From positions 15,529 to 79,528 of the forward strand of contig DASTFF010000034.1 of assembly GCA_035708865.1 (NCBI GenBank): DNA of 64,000 nucleotides, given 5' to 3'. Made by a program: the position numbers and the translations under genes. Under the pieces are notes generated by a model. The model worked only from the letters and a program-made list of their open reading frames with translations. It had not been told where the DNA came from and searched no databases. How positions within the stretch are numbered: position 1 is the stretch's first letter; every line of letters starts with the position of its first letter. Positions 56,201 to 64,000 of this stretch are shown here, piece after piece. The stretch is from Gemmatimonadota bacterium. Its GTDB lineage: Bacteria > Gemmatimonadota > Gemmatimonadetes > JACCXV01 > JAHWKZ01.

Positions 56201-56727
56201 GGGTGGTCACCGCCGTCCGTGGCCAGCGTGACAAGCGCGGCCAGGAGATGGCGTTCTTCACGCTCGAGGACTACACGGGGGCGCTCGAGGTGATCGCGTT
56301 CAGCAGCGTCTACGAGACCGCGCGGCCGCTGATTCATAGCGACGTGCCGATCCTGGTGACGGGACGCCTCGACCGGCGCGACGAGGAGGGCGGCAAGGTG
56401 GTGGCCGAGACGATCGTCCCCCTCGCCCAGGCGGCCACCGAGGGCGAGCGCCGGCTGGAGGTCCGTGTGCCGCGTGACAAGTGCGAGCAGGAGATCCTCA
56501 CCGAGGTCCGGTCCGTCCTGCTGCGCAACTCGGGCTCGATGCCGGTCACCATCACGATCGACACCGGCGCCAGCCGCGCGATCCTCGCCACCGACCTGCG
56601 GGTCGCGCTGCACGATGGCCTCCTCGAGCCCTTGACGACCCTCCTCGGACCGGGCAGCGTCCGCCTTGCCGAGCCCGCGGCGGCGGCCGCCGCGCGGTCC
56701 GGAAACGGTCACGCGGAGAAGCGGTGA
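53248..56727 (+). CDS. dnaE: DNA polymerase III subunit alpha
   Basis: Begins with the PHP domain FVHLHTHSEYSLLDG. Full-length DnaE pattern, 1159 aa. GTG in a GTGA overlap. Confidence 0.97.
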   Translation: MSFVHLHTHSEYSLLDGANRLDRLVAAAAGQRMQALALTDHGNLFGAVEFYRAAREAGIKPILGMEAYVAAGDRRERGGRAGSYSHLVLLAEDETGWKNLIRLSSIGYLEGFYYKPRIDHEALAENSAGLIALSACLKGEVPTFLMQANYEAARERATRLARLFGPDRFFLELQDHGIPEQRGVNDGVRELARELGLPLVATNDVHYERRVDASAHDVLLCIQTGKLVDQQDRMRFFSDEFYFKTPEEMAERFPDCPEALENTAWIAERCEVELAFGRPLLPAFPVPAGHDSLETLLEEQARRGLEERYDTIDDTILERFEYELGVIKRTGFAGYFLIVADFIAYARAEGITVGPGRGSAAGSLVAYCLGITNIDPLRYGLLFERFLNPDRISMPDIDIDFRDDRRGEVIEYVKRKYGEESVAQIITFGTRKSKAAVRDVARVLQLPLAEADRLAKLIPNAPGSPQPVRVEDAIEQVPEIGEAYRSSDRLRRLLDDAKALQGLARHASVHAAGVVIAPDRLVNYVPLYRSERSELTTQWDMSTIELVGLLKIDFLGLKTLTIIDDAIDMIAEKSGARIDVDALPLDDPEPYALLVRGETEGIFQFESSLATDICVRTRPTRFEDLIAINALIRPGPLDCGMTERYIKRKRGEEPIDSYHEDLVDLLSETSGVITYQEQVMQIANRVAGFSLAEADILRKAMGKKIQSLVDEQMSRFRAGALERGYSPEVVERLVTDITTFGRYGFNKSHSAAYALVAYHTAWLKAHHPREFMAALLTNVMGNTDTVVRYLDACRTMGIEILGPDVNESGYGFTNVGRGLRFGLGAVKNVGRGAIEAILAARRKEGRFANLFELAERVDLRHVNKRVVESLIQAGACDALEGHRAQQIVALDLALAHGQRKASERERGQFTLFGGAPENASRTIPPLPDVDEWPSGERLRNEKEVLGFYVSGHPLDRVKAQLAAFARHTAAGLAELPAGRQVTIGGVVTAVRGQRDKRGQEMAFFTLEDYTGALEVIAFSSVYETARPLIHSDVPILVTGRLDRRDEEGGKVVAETIVPLAQAATEGERRLEVRVPRDKCEQEILTEVRSVLLRNSGSMPVTITIDTGASRAILATDLRVALHDGLLEPLTTLLGPGSVRLAEPAAAAAARSGNGHAEKR

Positions 56728-57734
56728 CGAACGGCGTCCACCTCGACTTCGAGCGCCCGATCGTGGAGCTCGAGGAGCGGATCTCCGAGATGGAGAGGGC
56801 GGCCGAGGAGCGGGGGATCGACGTCTCGGCCGAGCTGGCCACGCTCCAGGCCAAGCTGACGCGGCTGAAGTCCGACATCTTCTCCCACCTCTCGCCGATG
56901 CAGCGGGTCCAGCTCGCCCGCCATCCGCGGCGGCCCTACCCGCTTGACTTCGTCGAACGCTGCTTCACCGACTGGCTCGAGCTGCACGGCGACCGCGCCT
57001 TCGCCGACGACCGCGCCATGATCGGCGGGCTGGCGCGCTTCGAGGGGCGGCCGGTCTTGATCGTCGGACAGCAGAAGGGGCGCGACACGAAGGAGAACCT
57101 GCGCCGCAACTTCGGGATGCCGCATCCCGAAGGGTACCGGAAGGCGCTCCGGCTCATGCAGCTGGCGGAGAAGTTCGGGCACCCTGTCATCACGTTGATC
57201 GACACGCCCGGCGCGTACCCCGGCATCGGCGCCGAGGAGCGCGGCCAGGCCGAGGCCATCGCCAGGAACCTCCGCGAGATGGCCGGGCTGCGCGTCCCCA
57301 CGATCTCGGTGGTGACCGGGGAGGGCGCCTCGGGCGGGGCGCTGGGAATCGGCGTCACCGACCGGATCCTGATCCTCGAGAACGCCTTCTACTCGGTGAT
57401 CAGCCCCGAGGGATGCGCGGCCATCCTGTGGAAGGACGGGGAGAAGCGCGAGCTCGCGGCCCGCGCGATGAAGCTGACCGCGAACGACCTCTACCGGCTC
57501 GGCGTCGTGGACGAGATCGTGAAGGAGCCGATGGGAGGCGCCCACACCGACTACGCCGCTACGGCGCGCGCGGTCGAGGACGTCCTGAGGCGCCATCTCC
57601 TCGAGATCTCCGACCTCGAGCCCGGGGAGCGGATCCGCCGCCGCGCCGACAAGTACAGGGACATGGGCGCGTGGATGGACGGCGACGAGGTCCATGCCGC
57701 GACCAGGGGCCGGGAGGCCCCGTCCCCGCCCTGA
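56724..57734 (+). CDS. accA: acetyl-CoA carboxylase carboxyltransferase subunit alpha
   Basis: Contains LDFERPIVELEERI, ARHPRRPY and DTPGAYPG. GTG in a GTGA overlap with the dnaE stop. Confidence 0.95.
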   Translation: MTNGVHLDFERPIVELEERISEMERAAEERGIDVSAELATLQAKLTRLKSDIFSHLSPMQRVQLARHPRRPYPLDFVERCFTDWLELHGDRAFADDRAMIGGLARFEGRPVLIVGQQKGRDTKENLRRNFGMPHPEGYRKALRLMQLAEKFGHPVITLIDTPGAYPGIGAEERGQAEAIARNLREMAGLRVPTISVVTGEGASGGALGIGVTDRILILENAFYSVISPEGCAAILWKDGEKRELAARAMKLTANDLYRLGVVDEIVKEPMGGAHTDYAATARAVEDVLRRHLLEISDLEPGERIRRRADKYRDMGAWMDGDEVHAATRGREAPSPP

Positions 57735-58213
57735 GCGCGCCCTCGCACCTGGATGCCGCCGGACGGGCCCGGATGGTGGACGTCTCGACCAAGGAGCCGA
57801 CCCGCAGGACGGCGCGCGCGACCGGGGCGCTCCGGATGTCGGCCCCGGCGCTGGCCATGGTGGTGGAGGGCGGCCTCCCGAAGGGGGACGCCCCGGCGGT
57901 CGCCCGGGTGGCCGGGATCCTGGCCGCCAAACGGACACCGGACCTCCTTCCCCTCTGCCATCCGCTGCCGCTCGAGCACGTCGCGGTGGAGGTCGTCCCC
58001 GACCCGGCCCTGCCGGGGCTCCGGGTCGAGGCATCGGTCGTCACGATCGCCCGCACGGGAGCCGAGATGGAGGCCCTCAGCGCGGTCGCGGTGGCGCTCC
58101 TCACCCTCTACGACATGATCAAGTCGGTCGACCGGGGGATGGTGATCGAGGCCGTCCGGCTGGAGAGCAAGACGGGCGGGGCCGGCGGGACCTACGCCGG
58201 CGCGCGGGAGTGA
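57731..58213 (+). CDS. moaC: cyclic pyranopterin monophosphate synthase
   Basis: Contains SHLDAAGRARMVDVS, LPLCHPL and EMEAL...YDM. The conserved N-terminus begins at CTG 57731 (CTGA overlap with the accA stop). The first canonical start is ATG 57773, which falls inside the conserved block. Confidence 0.85.
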   Translation: MSAPSHLDAAGRARMVDVSTKEPTRRTARATGALRMSAPALAMVVEGGLPKGDAPAVARVAGILAAKRTPDLLPLCHPLPLEHVAVEVVPDPALPGLRVEASVVTIARTGAEMEALSAVAVALLTLYDMIKSVDRGMVIEAVRLESKTGGAGGTYAGARE

Positions 58214-58770
58214 CGGCCCCGCGCGCCCTGGCGCTGGCGGCGGCGCTGGCCGCCTGCGGTCCCGGCGACCGTCCCGCGCCGGACGGCTCGCGCCCTGATG
58301 CCGGCCTCGGCACGGCCGACACGCAGTACGTCGTGGACTCCGCCGGCCCCCAGCTCATGATCGTGATCAACCGCCCCCGGGGGGAGATCCGCGAGATCGA
58401 GCCGCGCAAGGGAGTCGGGGATCCGGACGCGGCCGAGGCGTATCGCATCCTCACGCCCGCCGTGGCCCACAGCATGCTCCAGGCGGCGCGTCCGCCGTGG
58501 CGGGTCGTCGACGTCCGGACGGCTGAGGAGTACGTCCGGGACGGGTACCTGGCCGACGCCATCCTCGTCGATCTCGGACGCTTCGAGGAGAACATCGTCG
58601 ACCTCCACGTCCGGAGCGACCAGATGGTGCTGGTCTACGGCCGCGACTCCGACTCGGCCGAGCGGGCGGCACGACTGCTCGTAGCCTACGGCTTCCCCAA
58701 CGTGCGTGTGCTCCAGGGGGGGCTGCGGGCATGGAAGGCGGCCGGCCTGCCGGTCGAGACGCGGCCATGA
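58210..58770 (+). CDS. rhodanese-domain lipoprotein
   Basis: GTG in a GTGA overlap. Lipobox LAAC. Contains WRVVDVRTAEEY...VLVYGRDSDSAERAARLLVAYGFPNVRVLQGGLRAW; the usual active-site Cys position reads YGRD. Confidence 0.75.
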   Translation: MTAPRALALAAALAACGPGDRPAPDGSRPDAGLGTADTQYVVDSAGPQLMIVINRPRGEIREIEPRKGVGDPDAAEAYRILTPAVAHSMLQAARPPWRVVDVRTAEEYVRDGYLADAILVDLGRFEENIVDLHVRSDQMVLVYGRDSDSAERAARLLVAYGFPNVRVLQGGLRAWKAAGLPVETRP

Positions 58771-60098
58771 GCGTCCGCGCGCGCCTCTGCGCGATCGTCC
58801 TCCCGCTGGTGGCCAGCGCCTGCCTGGGGGACAGCGACGCCCCGCTCGACGCGTTTCCAGACCGCACCGGGTCCCTCGACCTGAGCCGCCCCCTCGCGAT
58901 CGGGGACGGGTACCTGGCCGGCGTCCAGGACGGGGCCCTGTTCGAGAGCGGACAGGCGCATTCGATCCCGGCGCTGCTGGCCGGGCTGGTCGCGGTCCAG
59001 GACTTCGCCCAGCCGCTGGTGGCCGACCCCGGGTTCGCGACCGGGGAGGGACAGGGAGGGCGCCTGGCGCTCGTCCAGTTCGCGCCGCCGGTCATCGAGC
59101 GGGAGCCGCGCGGCGGGCCGCCGCTGCAGCCCGATCTGCCCCGGCCCTACGACAACCTGGGGGTTCCGGGGGCGCTCGCCTTCGAGTCGCTGGCGACCCG
59201 CAGCTCCGCCACCTCGACGACCGGCAACATCTTCTACGACCTCGTCCTGCGGAACCGCGGTACCTTCGCCGAGGAGGCGGCGGTTCTCGATCCGTCCTTC
59301 ATCCTGGTGTGGCTCGGGACGACCGACGTCCTGAACTACGCCGCGGTGGGCGGAGACCCCAGCCTGGCCCCCGGACTGCCGACCTCGCCGGCGACGTTCG
59401 AGGCCGTCCTGGGCCCCCTCCTCGACCAGCTCGTCCCGCTGACCGACGACATCGCGATCTTCAACGTCCCCGACGTGACGCGGTTCCCGTTCCTGCACGC
59501 GGTGCCACCGATCGTCATCGACCCGCTGACCGGCGAGCCGAAGACGATCACGATCTTCGAGGAGGTGGTGGATCCGGTGACCGGCGACACGCTGGTCGTC
59601 CAGCGCCAGGTCCCGGTGCCGCTGATCGGACCCGAGGGGCCTCTCGGCCCGGGAGACCTGGTGACCCTCGAGGCGGGCCCGCTGGCCGAAGCCGGCATCG
59701 GCGTCCCCGTCGACCAGGACGGCCTCGGGATCCCGCTTCCCGACCGCGTCGTGCTCGACGTGGGCGAGCAGTTCGTCGCGCGCGAGGCGGTCGTCCGCTA
59801 CAACGAGGCCCTGGAGCGGCTGGCCGCCGCGCGCGGGCTGGCGCTGGTGGACGCGCACGGGGTGGTCGAGGACCTGACACGGGAGGAGGGGATCCTGTCG
59901 GACGGGGTGCGCCTGGGTGACGAGTGGCTGACCGGTCAGGCGTTCGGGCTGGACGGCGCCTCGTTTACCGCCAAGGGGTACGGGGTGCTGACCAACCGCC
60001 TCATCGACGTCCTGAACGGCCGCTACGGCAGCCGGCTCCCGCACATACGGACGGCCGATCTGCCCGGCGTTCGCCTGCTCGGGCCGGCAGCCCCCTAG
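58767..60098 (+). CDS. lipoprotein, SGNH/GDSL-hydrolase-like
   Basis: ATG in an ATGA overlap. Lipobox VASAC. Contains LAIGDGYLAGVQDG (block I-like, with Gly in the Ser position), GVPGA and WLGTTDVL. Confidence 0.5.
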   Translation: MSVRARLCAIVLPLVASACLGDSDAPLDAFPDRTGSLDLSRPLAIGDGYLAGVQDGALFESGQAHSIPALLAGLVAVQDFAQPLVADPGFATGEGQGGRLALVQFAPPVIEREPRGGPPLQPDLPRPYDNLGVPGALAFESLATRSSATSTTGNIFYDLVLRNRGTFAEEAAVLDPSFILVWLGTTDVLNYAAVGGDPSLAPGLPTSPATFEAVLGPLLDQLVPLTDDIAIFNVPDVTRFPFLHAVPPIVIDPLTGEPKTITIFEEVVDPVTGDTLVVQRQVPVPLIGPEGPLGPGDLVTLEAGPLAEAGIGVPVDQDGLGIPLPDRVVLDVGEQFVAREAVVRYNEALERLAAARGLALVDAHGVVEDLTREEGILSDGVRLGDEWLTGQAFGLDGASFTAKGYGVLTNRLIDVLNGRYGSRLPHIRTADLPGVRLLGPAAP

Positions 60099-60778
60099 CC
60101 CTCGCCCGTCGGGGCCGGCTCCACCCGCCGCCGCTTGGCCGGCCACGACAGCGCGCGGAACCGCCGCAGCTCCCGGATCTGGCGCTCGGCCGGCATGGCC
60201 TCCAGGGCATCCAGGAAGCTCGCCGCCCCGCGGGCCGCGCGACGATATCGAGCGCCGATCACCTCGTCCTCGTACGGGACATCCCACCGCGCCACCGCAT
60301 GATGCCGCGCCCAGCTGCGATCCCGGGTGGTGAAGCACCCGCTGAGCCCGACCACGAAATGGCGGAGGACGAGATACGCGTCGATCCGCGCCAGCAGCTC
60401 AAGCTCCTCGAGGAACGCCACGTCCTGGACCCGGCGGACCCCGCCCTCACGGAACGCGAACGTCGTGTGCACCGCGTGGCTCAGCTCCTCGGCGAACACC
60501 AGAAACGGCAGTACGTTCGACTCGCCCAGCGTCTTCCGGGGATCGAGCGTCTCCAGCGTGCCGATCATGTCGCGGCCGTAAAACAGCGCCAGGCGCAGGT
60601 TGCCGCGGTCGACGTAGAAGAAGAACCGGGCCCAGTCGGACATCTCGACGTGGCTGCCCGCGCACGCCTCCAGCTCGGCGCGGCGCGCGGGTCCGACCAG
60701 ACACCGCTCGAGGTCCACGCCGGTCCGGCGTCCGTAGGTGTTCTCGAATACCCGCTGGAGATCGCCCAGCAGGGCCAT
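60095..60778 (-). CDS. hypothetical protein
   Basis: 227 aa with protein-like composition. Contains FAEELSHAVH. No family recognised. It starts 1 nt after the stop of the upstream gene. Confidence 0.5.
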   Translation of the reverse strand: MALLGDLQRVFENTYGRRTGVDLERCLVGPARRAELEACAGSHVEMSDWARFFFYVDRGNLRLALFYGRDMIGTLETLDPRKTLGESNVLPFLVFAEELSHAVHTTFAFREGGVRRVQDVAFLEELELLARIDAYLVLRHFVVGLSGCFTTRDRSWARHHAVARWDVPYEDEVIGARYRRAARGAASFLDALEAMPAERQIRELRRFRALSWPAKRRRVEPAPTGEG

Positions 60779-60779
60779 G

Positions 60780-61373
60780 TCAGTTGCGGATCCGGTACAG
60801 CGCCTGGCGGAAGAGGCGATCCACCGACTCGGGGCGCGGGGCCAGGTGGAGGTGCAGGTCGACGAGATCGTTGAGCGCCTGGCGGACCTCGGGGAACGTC
60901 TCGCCCAGAAACCCGAGCGGCTCGTCCAGCTCGTGGCGGCGGGCGGATTCGGTGCGCGCCGCGGCGGAGTAGGAGCGCCGGCCCATCTCCTCGTAGTATT
61001 CGAGCGACACCGGCCGCCGGCCGTAGGTGAAGCGGTGATAGATCCAGTCAGGGAACACGCCCGCCAGGTACAGGGCGCGATTCCCCACCTCGGCCTGCAG
61101 CTCGAACGCCCGCTCGGGGGTCCGCGCCTGGGCCGTGGCCATCACCAGGTCGACCAGATAGGCGGTCTCGGGGGCCGGGCGTCCGCCCGTCCGCTGGATG
61201 TGGAAGGACAGCAGCGCGGCCACGTAGTCGGAGGCCACCCGATGGTCGATGCCGTGGTCCAGGAAGGCGCGCCGGACGAGCACGTAATAGAAGAAGAAGG
61301 GGGAGATGTGGAGCAGCCGCGGGGCCTGGAGCAGGCGCTCGAACAGGACCGGGCTGTCGAGGAGCCGGTCCAC
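60780..61373 (-). CDS. hypothetical protein (possibly extending to CTG 61496)
   Basis: GTG 61373 is the first canonical start. The frame stays open and protein-like up to CTG 61496, which overlaps the moaE stop (CTGA). Confidence 0.5.
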   Translation of the reverse strand: MDRLLDSPVLFERLLQAPRLLHISPFFFYYVLVRRAFLDHGIDHRVASDYVAALLSFHIQRTGGRPAPETAYLVDLVMATAQARTPERAFELQAEVGNRALYLAGVFPDWIYHRFTYGRRPVSLEYYEEMGRRSYSAAARTESARRHELDEPLGFLGETFPEVRQALNDLVDLHLHLAPRPESVDRLFRQALYRIRN

Positions 61374-61492
61374 CGCCTCGGGATCCGCCGCCAGCGACCG
61401 GAGCGCCGGGCGCTCGGTCTCGCTGCGGGCGAGCGCGTCGACCAGGAAGTCGAGATCGCGCCCGGTCAGGCTCGAGCGGCAGTTGGGGACGA

Positions 61493-61942
61493 TCAGGGCG
61501 GCTCACCTCCTCGACCGGGGGTCGCCTCGTTCTCTCGCCAGACCGCTCCCCCCTCGAGGACTTCCCGCTTCCAGATCGGGAGCTCCCGCTTCAGGAGGCC
61601 GATGCCGAACTCGCAAGCGGCCAGCGCCTCAGCCCGATGCGGAGCCGAGATCGCCACCACCACGCTCGCCTCGCCGACCTCGACGCGGCCCACGCGGTGG
61701 GCGATGGCGACGCCCGTCACCGGCGGCCATCTAGCGGCAATTTCCATACCGATCCGCTCCAGCGCGCGTTCCGCCATCGGCCGGTACGCCTCGTACTCGA
61801 GATACCGGACGCCCTTGCCCCGGAAGGAGTTACGGGTCACCCCGACGAACGTGGCGACAGCTCCCGCGGAGGGGTCCGCCACCTCCTCGATCCACGCCTC
61901 GGGGCGTAGCGGGGCCTCGGTGATCTCGACGCGAAGGCGCAC
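61493..61942 (-). CDS. moaE: molybdopterin synthase catalytic subunit
   Basis: Contains GAVATFVGVTRN, LEYEAY..MAE, SAPHR and PIWKRE. Confidence 0.9.
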   Translation of the reverse strand: MRLRVEITEAPLRPEAWIEEVADPSAGAVATFVGVTRNSFRGKGVRYLEYEAYRPMAERALERIGMEIAARWPPVTGVAIAHRVGRVEVGEASVVVAISAPHRAEALAACEFGIGLLKRELPIWKREVLEGGAVWRENEATPGRGGEPP

Positions 61943-62048
61943 CGGGCTCAGAAATCCGACGGCAGCAGTCGGTGACGGGTGGTGCCAGGGAGGGTCGCGT
62001 CCATCGCCGCGAACCTACATGCGCGGGACGCCGGGTCCAGGCAAGCCG

Positions 62049-62303
62049 TCAGCCTCCCCCCACGGGCGGGATGATCGCGATCTCGTCGCCGGATTCGACC
62101 GGCGTGCCGGCCTCCACGTAACACCGGTTGACGGCCACCCGGGCGCGCGGGAGGAGCGGCGCCAGCGCCGGATGGGCGCGCTCGAGCGCCGCCACGACGC
62201 CGCCCGCGGTGGCCGGCCCGTCGACCTCGACCGACACGCGATCGCCGCCCGCCGCCTCGCGGGCAGGGCCGAACAGCAGGACCTCGAACGTCCCCCCCGT
62301 CAT
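62049..62303 (-). CDS. moaD: MoaD/ThiS-family sulfur-carrier protein
   Basis: 84 aa: FEVLLFGPAREAAGGDRV...GDEIAIIPPVGGG (C-terminal Gly-Gly). ATG in an ATGA overlap with the hydrolase stop. Confidence 0.85.
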   Translation of the reverse strand: MTGGTFEVLLFGPAREAAGGDRVSVEVDGPATAGGVVAALERAHPALAPLLPRARVAVNRCYVEAGTPVESGDEIAIIPPVGGG

Positions 62304-63243
62304 GCGCCGCCCCGCACGGCCTCGTGGCCGTCGGCGTCCTCCAGATGGCGCCTGAAGAACCCGCTGACGCGCTCGGCGTAGGCCGGCCGGTCGACGAAGT
62401 AGGCGCCGCAGTGATGCGCCCCGGGAACCAGCCACAGCTCGGCGCCGGCCTCGGCCGCCAGGCGCTCGCCGTGCTCGGGCGGGACGGTGGCGTCCAGGCC
62501 GCCCTGGATGACCAGGACCGGCTTGGAAACGAGCCCGCTGACGATCTGGATCGGGGCGGCCTCGGCGAAGGCAGGCTTGCCACGCCGGCGATGCCACCAC
62601 TCCATGGCCGGCAGGAAGGCCCCGCCGTCGACCCACCCGCGCAGGTAGCGCCGCGCCTCACGGCGGGCCATCCCCGCCAGGACCTCGGACAGCGTGGTGA
62701 AGCAGCTGTCGAGGACGAGCGCCCGGACCCGCCGGTCCCGCCCGCCGTAGGCGGCCACCACCGCGCCCATCGAGTAACCCAGGAGCCCGACCCGGGCGCC
62801 CTCGATCCGGCGTTCGACCAGGTCGAGCGCCGCCGCCAGGTCGGCGCGCTCCCAGAGCCCCATCGAGATCGGCGCCGCTCCGCTCCGGCCGCGGCCGCGG
62901 AAGTCGAACAGCAGGACGTTGAAGCCGGCGCGCCACAGGAGGGTGGAGATCCCCAGCAGCTGGGCCATGTGCCCGCGATAGCCGTGCAGCGAAACGATCG
63001 TACGCGTGGTCTCCGGCCGGGGGAGGAACCATCCGCGAAGGGTGACCCCGTCGGCCGTCACGAACTCGACCTCCTCGTGCTCGACGCCGAGCTCCCAGGG
63101 CGTGAAGGTGAAGCTGACGTCGGGGTACAGCGTGTACGCACGGTTCAACCGCCACGCGCCGAGCCAGCCCAGCACCAGCCACAGCCCGACCAGCGCTCCT
63201 CCGAGCAGGAGGACGACGGCGAGGAGCGCCAGCGCGACCCCGC

Positions 63244-63247
<4 letters not shown>
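62300..63247 (-). CDS. alpha/beta hydrolase with N-terminal TM anchor
   Basis: TM segment ALALLAVVLLLGGALVGLWLVLGWL. Contains HGYRGH, the nucleophile elbow GYSMGA, and a C-terminal His region. GTG in a GTGA overlap. Confidence 0.85.

Positions 63248-64000
<753 letters not shown>

Noticed and set aside
53149-56712. 1187-aa ORF on the minus strand, antisense to dnaE
   Set aside because: It overlaps a fully recognisable dnaE. Its translation is Arg/Gly/Asp/Pro-rich with no motif. Long antisense ORFs of this kind are expected at roughly 70% GC because stop codons are rare.

Overview
This is a high-GC (roughly 70%) bacterial chromosomal segment, densely coded on both strands. I saw no rRNA, tRNA, CRISPR array, transposase or integrase. 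All calls rest on motif-level reading of the translated ORFs and on the DNA itself; no database search was possible.

Many adjacent genes are linked by 4-nt ATGA/GTGA (or 1-nt TGATG) stop-start overlaps. I used these overlaps to trim the over-long ORFs in the six-frame track. Most very long antisense or off-frame ORFs in that track are Arg/Gly/Pro-rich GC artefacts.

Contents, in order:
- Sugar metabolism: gnd(partial)-zwf-pgl-glk; fbp plus a class I aldolase; pfkA.
- A response-regulator(HD-GYP)/lipoprotein/histidine-kinase module.
- A copper block of about 14.5 kb (17.5-32 kb): csoR-copA plus four uncharacterised downstream genes, a divergent membrane cytochrome c, cusCBA, and cusRS-like genes.
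- A TPP riboswitch in front of two tandem tenA paralogues.
- An ArsR-type regulator facing a secreted protein and a Tat-cupredoxin.
- lysA, dacB, trmL, dnaE-accA-moaC, moaD/moaE, and a GAF-GGDEF gene cut by the window end.

Most interesting observations:
1. The PCYCGC-family lipoprotein gene that ends the csoR-copA operon has an in-frame TGA where a CxxC cysteine is expected. Family-like sequence continues for 57 codons after it, and a SECIS-like hairpin lies downstream. It is either a candidate UxxC selenoprotein or a one-mutation pseudogene.
2. Three related elements of about 135 nt each have 29-33-bp stems, homologous cores and compensatory arm changes. All three sit at convergent gene junctions.
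3. Several conserved genes appear to start at CTG, in two cases inside CTGA overlaps (moaC is the clearest).
4. CusA carries a 57-residue Gly/Met-rich insertion.
5. A 49-aa Lys-rich histone-H1-like gene sits behind an AT-rich island.
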